NCBI GenBank assembly: GCA_964035545.1
Contig: OZ037765.1
Location: 17,422,995-17,486,994 of the forward strand
DNA: 64,000 bases
Origin: Bugula neritina
Taxonomy: Eukaryota > Animalia > Bryozoa
Reading direction: 5' to 3'
The notes under the pieces were generated by a model. It ran no database searches. It was given only the letters and a program-made list of their open reading frames with translations, and was not told the origin of the DNA. Both the position numbers and the translations under genes were made by a program. This document shows positions 1 through 33,167 of this stretch, piece by piece (within the stretch, counting starts at the first letter, position 1; each line of letters begins with the position of its first letter).

Positions 1-650
1 TAATACTAATAGTAATACTAATACTTATACTAATACTAATACAGTAATAGTAATACTTCATTTCGTAGTAAAACTTGAATTTGATTTTAATTTTAATTTT
101 GATGTTGTAGTTCCTTATTAGTTGCTATACCAACTCCTAATCTTAGAGTTCTTATTTTATACCCAATCAGAATAAATTTAAAAATGTACTCTAGTAAATA
201 AAATTAAATAGAATTTTACGAACTAAGAGTAAGACTGTAGTTATATTAATATTATTCTTAGTCTCTATACTAATACTTATAGTTATGATGATACTTGTCC
301 TACTAGTAATACTTATTGATAATCATAATGATTATTATAGCCTAATGATGATGATGTTAAAACTAATAGTAATACTAATAATTATACTAATTATACTAAT
401 AATAAGTCATATTCATATTTACTTTTGGTGGTACTAGTAAATTTTACTTGCACTAAAAAGTAAATTGTCACTATTACTATTAGTATTAGTGTTACTGTAA
501 GATTAGTAACCACTTAAAGTTAATGAGTAATACTAATGATATTGACTGTCTAATGCTAATAGTAATAGTAATTACATTGAAGTAAATGCAATATTCATAC
601 TGATATTCATTTTCTAAATCTACTAGTAGTAGTGTTGCAGTTATTAACAT
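1..650. repeat. Degenerate 6-nt-periodic TA tract (upstream of FERRY3 CDS)
   Basis: TAATAC/TAATAG-type hexamers; ATACTAATAGT at 3-13 and its reverse complement at 476-486. Confidence 0.75.
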
Positions 651-1796
651 TTATTCTCATACTCCAAATTTTAACCTGGACTTTGTACTGTAGGTGTCTG
701 TTATCTCTTAGTATAAAGTAGAACTATGTGGTGTCAGTATGAACATTTCGTGTTTCCAATCTATTTTTTATTCTTATTTTGTGAGCCCTTTTGGCCTAGT
801 GAGTGCAACACAGACACTCGTATTGGTAAGGAAAGACTTATATTGCTTAAACTTTAATGAATAGAATAAATTTTGTGACAAATTTGGCTCTATTTATTTC
901 CATAATTGATAGCTTATTAGCTCAAATAATTGTAAATGTAAATATTTCATTTATTTATTACTAGTCTAGACTTGTTTGAGATATTAGGAATATCTTTAAG
1001 TGACGTTTACTATTTATAAATAGTTAGGAGATTGTTGTATTTAGCATTTTACTTTTTGATTTGCACATGAAGTATAATATACACTGTTGACAACTGTCAT
1101 GTTACAAGCTTTAACTATGATGTCTCAGCACAATTGCTAACACTTAGTGCTTCAACTATACATATAATATGATCATTTTTATAAGCTAATATCCTCAAAA
1201 TATAAAGTATTCTCACTATTATAATATGACAGTGTTTTGAAAAATTGTATGTAGCTAAGACCAGGTATAAAATCAGTGCAACTGAATTGCTTTACTGTTG
1301 AATCTTTTGCATTAATCAAACTGTTTTAAATTAAATGGAGTAACTAACTTGAAAAAATTAGCATGAAGAAAAATTAAACAGCTAGATAATATTAACATCT
1401 TTTAGAGTATTTTTGTTTTTCCTAAAGTTTATTATATTATCTTGCTACAACGTCTAAAATTAAATGGCTAATAAATATAATTAATTATTGTTATTATCTT
1501 TATTGCTCAAGCATGGAGTGCTGCCAATACTTCTGCAAATATGTAGCGCTGCCAAGTTATATTAAAAAGAGTTTTTTGCTGAATTACTAGAATATTCTAC
1601 TCTGAGATTGTAATGGTAATCACAGACTTTTGTTTGTAGCTCAAGTTTTTTTGTTAATTTCTTATTGCACATAGTTATTGATATTAAAGATTATTAGTTG
1701 TTCCATCAAGTATTTCATGTCAAATTGAACAAATAAATAATAGTTTTGTTGGGTTTTAGAAAGAGACAAAATAATAAACTAGTTAGGTTTTTTAGC

Positions 1797-21644
<19,848 letters not shown>

Positions 21645-21780
21645 ATGCATTTTTACTTATTCCTGTCTTGAATTTTTTACATCAAATTATAAACTGTTAT
21701 AGCTCTGTTTAGTGATGGTTATTTTTTTAATGTTGATTTTTTTTTAAATTTTCTAATAATATATACAGTTGGTAGTTTTT

Positions 21781-21793
21781 AATAAATTTTATT
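21781..21793. terminator. Back-to-back polyadenylation signals AATAAA(T)TTTATT for convergent FERRY3 (+) and P4HB (-)
   Basis: AATAAA on + at 21781-21786 and on - at 21788-21793; each is the first canonical hexamer I found after the respective stop codon. Confidence 0.6.
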
Positions 21794-22340
21794 TATATTA
21801 ATCAACAGTGCTGGCATAAACAACAAATGTTCAAAATTGTTTATACAAAGTAACAGATGATATAAAATTAAATTTATGGAAGCTTGAGAAAGTCTTATGA
21901 GTAATAAAACAATCTGTAGCACCATGATTATAAAACGCTTTCAGGAGTTGTAAGCCACCATGTATCAATGGCACTAATTTTTATGTGTGGTGATCAGGTT
22001 TCTTTTGAAAATATGCTACACAATGGTAAAAAGTCTGAGAAATCAACAAATAATGGAAATATTCTAAATTTAAAGTCGGAGGTATTAATGTATTATTCAC
22101 ACAATATAACTATTAGTTTATGGTGGTGTGGTAACCATTCCAGCAGCAGTCAAGTAACTTCAAGCACACTATTTACAATTGCCTGGTATTTAGAAAGGCT
22201 TGCCATTAGTAATCTACAACAAATGATTCACGTGTGACTGGAAAGTCTATGGTGACATTAAATGAATACAAATAATACATCATATGAAACTATAAGATTT
22301 ACCTGGTAAATTGGCAAGAAATTTCGCAGATCTGTCCTAA

Positions 22341-25300
22341 TTACAATTCATCATGACCTTCAGAATCCTATAAAAAAGAAAACATACCATATATACCAAG
22401 TATGCAAACTAAATTAAAACTGATTTTAATGTTTTATATGCTGATCTTGCATATATTCAAATTTAATATAAACTACACAATGAAGTAAAATAAGGATGAG
22501 GGTATACCTTATCAGACTCATCACTTTTACCACCAGAGTTTAGGAACTTTTCAAATGCCTCAAGTGTTCTGTCCCCATCATAATCAACAATCTACAAAAA
22601 TACAAATGATAAACTCATGTGTTCATGTTTTGCATAGTGCCTTGGTGCTGCAGAGCTGTTTTGGTATACAAGGACTTATTGTTCTTCACCACAATTGGGA
22701 CAACTTAATCAACTTTTAGATATATATAATATCAAAACCAGTTTAAAACAGACTATGAAATTTGTATTTCAAAGTTACCAAAAATGTAAAAATTAAAACA
22801 AAAGTTTGGAAACTAGCAAATTAATTGGTTTTATTTGCTAATATTTCATTAGCTTTAGGCTATAAAAACATATAAAATATATTTTGAGCTAGAATTTTTT
22901 TTAACGTGGGTAAAAAATTTTTAGCGTCTATTAAATATGGCAAAATGAAAAACCTGTGTTCAACAATTTGAAAAACCACAAATTCGATTGCACCAACTAA
23001 CTTAAATTCTCGGCACAAGGTGTACCAGCATAACGTAAGTAAAATATAAATATAGACATCTACCAAATTTAAAAATAACTAGCTTATTTCAACGGCTATC
23101 TTTTAAAACGCCCTAATAACATATGCCCAATTAACATATTGATTAATAATAAGAACTGACAGGGCATTGATTTCTGGCAGTAATTTTAATAGCATATTTT
23201 CATGATAAAAGTAAAAAATTACCATATCTAGAGGTAAAAATATTGAATAGAATTATCTTAATAAATCTCTGTAAGCCAGAGAAAAAGCAACTAAATTATC
23301 AAAAACTGGAAAACAGAATTTTAATAACTAATAATATTTCAAAACAAAAGATACAAATTCTAAACATTAACCGCTTTCATCCAGCAATTTACTGAATCAC
23401 AAGTAGGTCACTGTATGTCAGTATGAATTGAACATTTGCATAATGTAAGCTACACCCAGTGAAACTGCTTATTTAGTATGAAGGCTAAGCTGTAAATTTA
23501 CCAAGTTGCTAAGAACAATAAGCCACACTCACTTCATCACTTCCGGCAGGGAAGAATTTAATGGTTGGGAAGCTCTGAATTTTTACATCTTCAAGCTCGT
23601 TGGCTGTTGAATCCATCTTAGCAATGACAACATCCTTACTATCAGCAAACTTTTCACCGAGCTCATCCCAAATAGGGGCCAATTGCTTGCAGTGACCGCA
23701 CCATGGGGCATCTATTTATAATCATAACTATGTAATTGGGAGAAAACAACTAATTTGAGCAATTAATTTTCAAATTTCCGAAAAAACTTCTTACAAGTTA
23801 TTTTAGATGCAAGGGATTGGGAAAAATACACAACTTTTCAAGCAATACAAATGCCACTTACAGAACTCCACGAGCACATTTTTGTCTTTATTTCTAGCAA
23901 CTTCATCAAAGTTCTTTCCAACCAAAACCTTTACAGGTTTTGCATCCCAGTCAGCTGGCACTTCTTCGCTCATCAAAAACGCTTTCAAAGTTCCGTCCAT
24001 GTAAGATGAAACAAATCCTCCAACAACTTTTTCGGTTACCTCATTGGTCTCTGGCTTAAATTTTCTCATATCCTGCAAGCATATCCAAATAGATGCATTA
24101 TACATATATACAAGTTAATTTTATAAGAAATGCAACTGATTAGCTTTAACACATAGCTATTGCTCTAATAAGGAAAAGCTCAAACTGCACCAAATTTATT
24201 TAAAATGAATCCTAAAATGATGAATACATTTAATACTATTTGTATAACTGAGAAATTGTAGGAGTGCATACCTCTCCAAGGTTGATTATCCTGTAAGTTG
24301 GAGTATCTTCTGCTTTCAGCCCAAAAAATTCAAGGATACGCAAGTTATCTTCAACTTCTGTGTTAATGAAGACAAACAACATCTTCCCTTTGTGTTTGAT
24401 AGCCACTTTTCTTGTCTCTTCAGCTGCACTTTCGAAGGCATCAGATTTCTTGCTCATAAAGAGAAGGAAATGGGATTTCACTTCTCCTCCGAATACCTTG
24501 GGAGCATTCTGAAAAGAAATTTATAATTGTTAGTGAAAGGCTAATGCAAAAATTAGATGCATGACATACCATCATTTGTAGGTATTCAGTAGCTGTTGAA
24601 TGACATGTCTTATCTTATTTAGCAAGCTCATCGAGGGCACCTGCTTGTTTCACAGCTCAATAGTGGGATACTACTCGACTACTACAATTATTGCAGATAA
24701 ATGAAAGATTTATAGCTCACATCTTGACTGAACTCTATGAGAAGAGGAAGTTGGTTTGCAGAGATGAATTCAGTGATAGACTCCACACTCAAGCTCTCGG
24801 ACAAATCGGCTCGCTTATCATCAAATGATTTGAATACAACTACACTGTCAGGTTTGACATCCTTAGCATCAAAAACTGCTTGCTCCGATGTAATACCAAA
24901 CTTAACATCATCCTTTGCTGCTGCAACTTCAAGGAAAGCTTTTGCACCTTCAGATTCCTGATCCTGTTAGATAAAATTACATAACATCATTAATTTAAAT
25001 ATTGCAAATTGCTATTTTATTATTGCATTTAATGGGCTTGTACATTCACATCAATATAATATTTACCTTAAAAAATCCTACAACGGTTACATCATCAGTC
25101 ATCAGAGCATCTAAATCTGCTTGTGAAGCAAGGGAGACAGCAGGTGGACCGGTTTTCTTCTTCAACCAAGCAACAATCTCATCTGCTGTGCGGCCTCCAC
25201 CATAATCACCAGCTTTACCATTTCTGAAGAACTTGAGTGTTGGGTAACCACGAACTTCAAATTTTTCACCCAATGAACTTTCAACAGTGGCATCAACCTT

Positions 25301-26197
25301 TGCTAATTTTATGCCAGAACCTTCTTCTGCGAGCTGCAATGCTGCTTTAGAATACTCGGGAGCTAAAGCTTTGCAGTGACCACACCACGGAGCATCTTGA
25401 GGGAAAAGCAAAAAAATCATGATCAAGATGTTTCGAACTTTTCAATTATAATGCCACAGTATATAAATCTATTCAAATAACTTAAAACATACATATTGGT
25501 TTTCTTTATTAATATTAGTTCCCAAAATCACCAACAAAAATGTACAAATAATAAGCAAAGTTTTGTCTTGGAGAACAAAATTTAGTGTGAAAATCTATAA
25601 AAATCTCTACACCTAATTTCATTCAATAAGAAGGAGCCAAACTCATATGTACAATTGTCTCACCATTTCTCCCCTAATGAAATAAAATATCTTATTAATT
25701 CAAGTGTAGATTCATGGAATTTTTTATTAATGTGAATCTGTAAAGAATTACCAAAAAGGTGCGATTATGATGCCTTCTTTATTATTTTTGCTAAATTACA
25801 ATATTTATAAAAGTAATACTAGTAACTGTAAGTAGTAATACTAACACTAATACAATTATAAATACAAGTTTTAGTTTAACTAATACTAAATTACTTATAC
25901 TATGTCTATACTGATACTCTATAGTGATAGTCTATAAGTATAAGTAAACAATAAAGTATAATTTGGAACAATTTTGAAAAATAGAAACTTCAAGTTATCA
26001 ATTTGATTTAACTAAATAGACTTAGAGTAATACCAATACTAATAGTAATACTTACAAAATTCTACCAGAATGTTTTCATTGTCGGAAATTGCAGAATCGA
26101 AATTGTCAGTTGTCAACACTAGCACGCCTTCTTCTACTGCAATTTCAGCAGTTATGGTTACGATGAAACTAGCTAACAAAACAACAAGTAGCTTCAT
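22341..26197 (-). CDS. P4HB: Protein disulfide isomerase (PDIA1/P4HB-type, ~483 aa). Coding exons: 26197-26056, 25395-25067, 24963-24721, 24508-24272, 24072-23862, 23711-23533, 22591-22508, 22367-22341
   Basis: Signal peptide [17 protein letters not shown], two YAPWCGHCK active sites, a-b-b'-a' layout ([43 protein letters not shown]) and C-terminal HDEL. All phases consistent. Confidence 0.97.
25810..26055. repeat. Degenerate 6-nt-periodic TA tract (first coding intron of P4HB)
   Basis: ATACTAATAGT at 26036-26046; AGTAACTGTAAG at 25821-25832. Confidence 0.7.
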
Positions 26198-26317
26198 TTT
26201 TATAACCTACAAACAACAACTACTGGGATATAAACTAAAGGTGTTAAATCTGTGATACTCAGAAGTAAATCTGAACAGAGTACCCAGCACGAATGACGCC
26301 GATTATGAGCATACAAG

Positions 26318-26445
26318 TAACGTGGCACAAAAGCGCAAGCGCGTTCATTCAGTCACAGAAGATACGGCTGCGTGTACAATAACAAATTTAAAGGCTCGTG
26401 TTGTGATTTCATTGGCTTGACGATGAAAAGAAACAAGTCCACGTG
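26318..26445 (-). promoter_or_regulatory. PDI promoter with ERSE-like and UPRE/XBP1-like motifs
   Basis: Minus strand CCAAT-N9-ACACG (26415-26397; consensus CCAAT-N9-CCACG), GCCACGTTA (26326-26318) and CCACGTG (26439-26445) in a locally CpG-rich patch upstream of the ATG. Confidence 0.55.
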
Positions 26446-26499
26446 TTATGAATAAGATATCACAAGTGCATAAAATAATATATTATTATATCCATAGAT

Positions 26500-28850
26500 A
26501 TAGGATATTACAAACCGGGGCTGTGCAGCAGGCCGACTCTCAGTCTATGTAAATCTATGTGGCCTTCAAAGGCATTATAGTTCAATGGGCATAACCACAT
26601 GACTAAAAATAACTGATCTATATCACCATTGAACTATAACCTATAGTTTTAGTTCAGTGTATATCACTGAACTGGAAAAGATCTCGGTATTTTGAGTTCA
26701 TTGGTCTATACTTTATATGGTCTTTTCCAGTTCAGCAGGCATAACAAGTTACAATGATTTTTTTTGGGATTATTTTGCTAATCCCATCAAACCCTATTTC
26801 TATCGACTGGAGTTTCTAAAGTTGTTTGATTTATTCAGAAACAACACAAACTAATTATGTTCAACTATAGGGTGTTGCAGGAAGGTTAATTGTGGAGCAA
26901 GAGTTTTTAAAAACAATTGGAAACTACAGTATTTCATCAAATATAGTTCAGAACGTCATGCAATTCATGAAATACAGCAAAATAATTGCTGTACTAAAAG
27001 AATGTAACATTGAAAGGCCTGAAATACAAAGCATATTAGCACTACCGTGAAGGCATGAGAGACAATCACCGGCTTTCCATGTACCGATCTCAGATCGATC
27101 TCAGGGAGATCGATCCATGGAAAGATGTCAAAGATCGATCTCAGTCGTTTTGAGCTGGTCGGTCTGTAGAGCTCGAACTCAGATCGATCTCAAGGCAATA
27201 GACCATGGAAAGACGAAAGATCGATCCGAGAAGTAGAAAAATGACTGCTCGCTAAAATGTCGTCTGCTAATGAAAATGATAACTTATTGATAATTACTAA
27301 GCAAAGTACTTAATAATTAAGATAGCCACCTTTTCAAGTGGCAAAACTTTGACTTTCAGTAAAATGATTAAGAAAACTTAATTATGTGAAATTATAGACG
27401 GTAGAAGATACAAAAAGTGAGAGCATTTAAATTGAATTTAAACGACTAGTATAACGCACTGTCATTAGTTATTTGCTGCGTAATTTTAAGTCTAATAACG
27501 TCCCGTAAGTTTATGAATAAGCTGCACAACAGCTATCAATTTTATATAAGCTGTCAAGCTAAAATATTAAGATCAATTACCTTGAATTGGCCAAATTACT
27601 TCATATTAAAAGCTTTACTGCGCAGAGTTTATAGCTGACGTTAAATTTTAGACTATGAAAATTTTGTTTTTCACCAGCAGTAGCTTTTATCACTCATGTG
27701 GATGAAAAAATTATACAATTAATGTAGTCTTCACCTAAGAGGAGGCAACTCCGAGAGATCGATCTGACACTCTCATGGAAAAACGATCGATCTGAGATCG
27801 GTACATGGAAAGCCCGTGAAAGAAGCTTGACTGTATAGCCACACAGACGATTAAACATTTTACTTGATACAAGAAAATCAGTTGATTTCAGCCAGACTAG
27901 TGAAAATTAGCTTTCATGTCAGCACGGTGAATTTTTAAAGCAGGTTAGTTAAAACCATTTGTAACACTTTTTAAACGAATTTCATAAAACACGCTATTCG
28001 AAATTTCACCATCAAATTTTTAGCTAACTTCAACTAAAATGAGTTGCTTTGACATTTACAAACACTACACATTTGTTATTTTGATTACTCATTTTTATGC
28101 TATGTAGGTATATTCGGAAAAAAAACTTAATAAAATGAAAGTTTTCAACTGAATGTTGACGAGTATTACTTGGTTGTAAATCTACATTTTATGAGTAGGG
28201 TATTAGGAGATTTGTTGGTGAGCTTTGCCCAGAAAATAATATATTGCAGTAGAGGGCATTTCCCTGTCAAGAAACTCTATTGGGAGAAGAATTGAAACTT
28301 TGGGCAATGCCATTCAACTGACCATAAAAATTCTGGTAAAGAAATTTCTGTATTCCTGCGTAGTCTTAGAATACTGATATATCAGATATTCCTATCTTGC
28401 AATTATGGAATATGACATAGGACGGCCAGCTTAATCTTACAGAGGACTTTCTAGCTGACATTGTCCATAGCAAATGATACCAGGATATCTCTGATGGTTG
28501 TACAGTTTAACTAATAATGTTCTTAAAGAAGACCCTTAGCACTGACATGTGTAAACATGCATGCTATACTTTTTGTGTATATATTATGCATATAATATAG
28601 TGTATAATACCATGCTTTCTCATGTCTATTTATGCACAAGTAAATAAATTATGTTTGACCTTTTTAACATCTAATCTATGACGGAGCCTAGTTTTTTGTA
28701 GTTACAATACATGTGGCCTGAAGTAATTATATAGATTTAGCTGTTTAGTAATTTGAAATAACTTAATTTGAAAGGCACTTATTCTGATGCCTATCATTTA
28801 AGCTAATTTTTAAAAGTGGCCCTTGGACTGAAAAGGTTGGGCACCTCTAG
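26500..28850 (+). mobile_element. Decayed hAT (Charlie/SPIN/GTF2IRD2-like) DNA transposon, interrupted by a MITE; left boundary approximate
   Basis: Broken transposase fragments RKVNCGARVFKNNWKLQYF, IAVLKECNIER, GEFLKQ, ELCPE, GISLSRNSI.RRIE, TDISD and LNLTEDFL. Right end GTGGCCC...AAAAGGTTGGGCACCTCTAG (to 28850) resembles hAT termini. Confidence 0.75.
27067..27818. mobile_element. MITE, GATCGATC-rich family, copy 2, nested in the hAT relic
   Basis: Colinear with 12023-12798 along its length, same TIRs; short deletion near the right TIR. Confidence 0.92.
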
Positions 28851-29193
28851 TTTAAATCAAATGAGAATACCTCCAGCTAGTATATATTTGACTTTATTGG
28901 TAGTAGAGGTTATAAGAAATTTGATAACTTGCTCAATGCTTAGAAAGTTTACAGATCTTATCTTTGAAGGACAACTGACAAACAATGCCTCAAAGCCTTC
29001 AACATGATAAGCAAGTAACTTTCATTCTGGGTGATATGCCAAATCAGCTCATAACAACGTTATCACGGAATAAATTTTCTTTGACAAAGCACCCAATGGC
29101 AAGTTCTAACACAACCCAGAGTGATATATTTAACCTTTAACCCTGGTACTGGAAGAGATCTGAATGAACTTTGCCCTCTAACGTAGCGTAATA

Positions 29194-32100
29194 TGTGACC
29201 AGTCGCGACAAAACCGGGGATGTGGCGGCGTTTATAAAGTGTAGTAAATGAAGGTTTAATTTGGAAATACTTAAATTTGAAATTAATTTCCAGTTTTTAG
29301 GTTTTGAACTTTTCTAATACAAAGAAATCCAAGGATTTCAAAAATCATACTTTCGTAAGCATTTGATGATTCCTTCAGCTCTAAAATTGCATTTAAAGTT
29401 GGTAACTAAGGCATTCAATTTTTTAAATGATGAAAAAATTGCGAAGTTATCAAGTAAAGAAAGAAGACAATTTTAGTTATTTTCATAGCATGAGATCTTG
29501 CAAATTTATTTTTTATCAAATGAATTTAGCTTACACCTCTTTCTTCGCATTGTCAGGAGCATCGTATTTAAAATCGAAGGCTAGTTTTAGTTTTTCATCG
29601 CGATCCATCTAAAGTTAGCTTTTAAGTTACTGAGCTGTTTTGCCCTTTGGTGATAAATGCAAAACTTAATCTTTATCTTTAGCGTTCAAGCTTGAAAATC
29701 ACAACAATGCAGGTAATTATACTCAAAACCATCATTTACGCTACTAACTTAGAATTGTTGCTAGGATTATTTGTAGTTATTTTCTTATTAATATTCATAC
29801 TGATAATATCACTAGGAGTATGTCTATTCTATATTTATATTAGTAACTATTTAAATGACTCTCACTATGACTCACAGTTTGAGGTACGGTTACTCATAAT
29901 GATAATCATAATGAATATCATTCATGATTTACTGATACTGGTATTTGGCAGTAAAACCAAATGTAGCTCATTAATATTAATAGTATAACTTAAGTAATGA
30001 TTAATAATTAAATTCACTATTTGAGTCTGACTCTGAGTTTCGCCTTACTTACTTGATTTACTTGAAGATGCAATCACGTTAGACCACTAGATTAGCGTAA
30101 GCACTTGATACTCATACTGATAGTATTATATTTATTGATTTATTCTATAGTTGATATTTAAATTTACATTGGAATTACTCTTAGTAACTTTTAGCCTCTG
30201 TCTTAGATTTTGTCAATACAGTTACTGATTACTGTTACGATTAACGGTTCCTTTTGTGATTTTTAAATTAGCTCAAAGTTTTATTTAAAATATAATGATA
30301 AAATATTTATCACATTATGCAGGCTTACAGTTACTGTCAAAGCTCAATTGATAACCCTATTTATATTGATAAAAGCATCACCTCTAACCAAATTGAAATG
30401 GTAAATGTGATTAAATGTAAATGAGTATAATGATGAAATATTAATGCGAGTTCATGGTGATTCTATAGTTGACTGACTTAGTTCTTCAGTAAGTTACTTT
30501 TAGTCTTATTTAGTGAGTAGTAACACTAACTGAATGCATAAATAGTCTAAACTTTTTAATTTTATTATAAAGGATGAGCAAAAATTTATTCATATTTTAA
30601 AGTAATTTATTGAATTCAAATTGATTTTATAGTAAATGTCTGTAATAGATTCAGTTGCACTTAGCTAGCTTTTTTACTCAATTAAATGCTTGAGTGGTTA
30701 ATAGACATTGCTTCAAAATTGCCAATTGCAGATATGCTAGATATTCAAGTGCATAATGTGTAATTTTACTGATAATACTATGTTAATATAGAATAATCCG
30801 ATATTCTGTACATTTTAGAAAGTGCACTTGTGAGGGCATTAGAGGGAAGACTTATACCTACACAACTCTACTACCTATCAATCTAACACTTCTAATGTAG
30901 ACACTCTGAATTTTGACTTGCAAGGTTATGGCTTCTGCTTATTTCATTCATAAAAAGGTTTGCAGTCTTTTAATGATGTGCTTGAAAATTTTCAACAATT
31001 TTTTAAATTTAAATTGTTCTGTTTAATTCAATAAATTTAGATGTTGATAAAATGCAGGATGACAATTAACTGCTGCTATAGTAGTACCACAAGAGTGTTT
31101 AACCAACTAAATTTTTATAATATAACTGCATATAGTTTCTAATCAAGCTACCGTTTTCTTTTGTTATTTAAAAAAGTCAACATTGTACTTTCAGCTCTGG
31201 AATAGACAATAGATGGGTAGATTGGCAGGATGGATGTCAAGTAGCAGCATCTGTAATTGTTAGAAAATCAGCTAATGATAGTGATGAAGCTTTTGCCACA
31301 CACATGATGTTATGTGTTCATACTCCGTAAACTCATATTATGAAGACCAAGGAAGTAGAAAGATGAAAAGTGCCTTTTTTGCAAAAACCGTAGAAGCTAC
31401 CTAATTTTCTTCTCTTGATTAGAGTTAATTCAAGCACAATGGTTGTATCCAGGCTGGATTTTTTACTGCATTTAATTAATTAATTTTTTAAAATAATGTG
31501 TTTGATGTTTTAAATGTGAATATTAATGCCTAATAAAACTCAAACGTTCTAATAGCTGATTTTATGTTTATATTTTCAACATCAATTGCTAAATTTAGTT
31601 GCCGTTAGACATTATAAAGATATTTATGAATGAATCTCGAATGATCTCATAATAGTCAAATAATTTTCTCATAAGTGTTCTACTCATTAAGCAATAACTA
31701 TGAAACAGCACAGCTCAATAGCTGCAGTTTGATATATTACACAATATATTAGAGGAGAGGAAGATATTCAATGTATAACAGGAAGCAGCTGCCATTTTGT
31801 TTTATATGACTTCCTGCTGACTTGGATGCCTAATTTAAATATCTCAACACACAAACTTGCTGAAACATCCTCTTCTTTGCTGGAATTGTTAAACCTTTCA
31901 TTAAATAAACAAAATAAAAAGCAAATTGACAAATGAATTAGACAAAAAGTTTGGCGGCCATATTTGACCTAATTTTTAGTTGAGGCAGCATGAAATTTAG
32001 TTTAACAGAAAGCCCAAATTTTCACAATTATTTTGGTACCAAATTTGTCACCATTCCTATTATACAAAGACCCGTTGCTAAGGCTTGTAAATTGTAAACA

Positions 32101-32335
32101 AATAATTCTCAACTTATTCTAGAGTTGCCAACTTTAAATGCGATTTTCTCGAAACAGTAATTTAGAAATTCTAAAAACGTTAAGGTTTTTAAATATTAAT
32201 ATCTCGAGTTCTATTTATGCTAGAGACTTCAAATAAAGTGCAAAATGTTTGGAAAAGTCTGCTCTATCACTCCATAGTAATAACTAGGTTTTCAACATTT
32301 TATATACATCCCTTGTTTTGTGGTGCCAGGTCACA
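29194..32335. mobile_element. 3.1 kb non-autonomous TIR element (TGTGACC...GGTCACA), TA (or ATAT) target duplication
   Basis: Imperfect ~30 bp TIRs (TGTGACCAGTCGCGACAAAACCGGGGATGT vs TGTGACCTGGCACCACAAAACAAGGGATGT). The paralogous RhoGDI flank near 45370-45390 shows the empty site GTAATATACAG. No transposase ORF seen. Confidence 0.85.
29690..30560. repeat. Degenerate 6-nt-periodic TA tract inside the 3.1 kb TIR element
   Basis: CTTACAGTTACT at 30324-30335, ATACTCATACTGATA near 30108; same texture as the promoter-proximal tracts. Confidence 0.6.
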
Positions 32336-33167
32336 TATACAGTTCTGGGCTCAGAATCCAATCAAATTTCTTTACCTCTTTACTAATGGATATTTTGCAA
32401 CAGTTAAATGAAAGTGTTAGAATGTTGAATGACCTACTAAAAATTCTACAAATCGCCTAATAAAATAGGATTACATGCAGATAACAGTAGTTTCAAGAAA
32501 AGAGCCTAATCAGTATAACCAAAACGAGATAGATAGTTCTAACCACTGAACTAAAACTATACTAACTAACTATAATTCAATGGTTCTAACTACATAAATT
32601 TGGCTATAAATGTCACACCGTTTACTTCAGAGCAAAAGAACACCTGCTGAGGTAGCTGGTGATTGCAAACTATCAGACAAGCAGTAAACACTCATGTAGA
32701 AAGCTGATTCAAAGAAATGACTTGAGTGATTAGAATAACAATTCAATCACAATATAGTACATGCAGTACTGGCTGTAATGATGCTAATAGAATGTATTGT
32801 AACTCGTATTATAATATTACTATTAGAAAAACAAAAATACCCAGTTGATGAGTACAAGAGGTGTAGATAATAATATTATAGCGTTGTTAATTTTAAATAT
32901 TGTAATACATGTAAACAGTTGAAGTAAAAATAACACACAATGACTTGCAGAAAACTAAGAAATACTTCACATGGCAACCTATTACCAGTGGAAAACAAAG
33001 CAATTTCTAAATAATGCAAATGTTCGTTCATACAAAATGCTTTCAAAAGTAAAAAATGAACAGTTTGGTCTACATTTAGATTCACAATTGCATCTTTGCT
33101 AGAATGAAGCAACTTCAGTGGTTATACTGCTGAGTAGTTAATGCTGATTGTTTCAACTAGTACAAAT

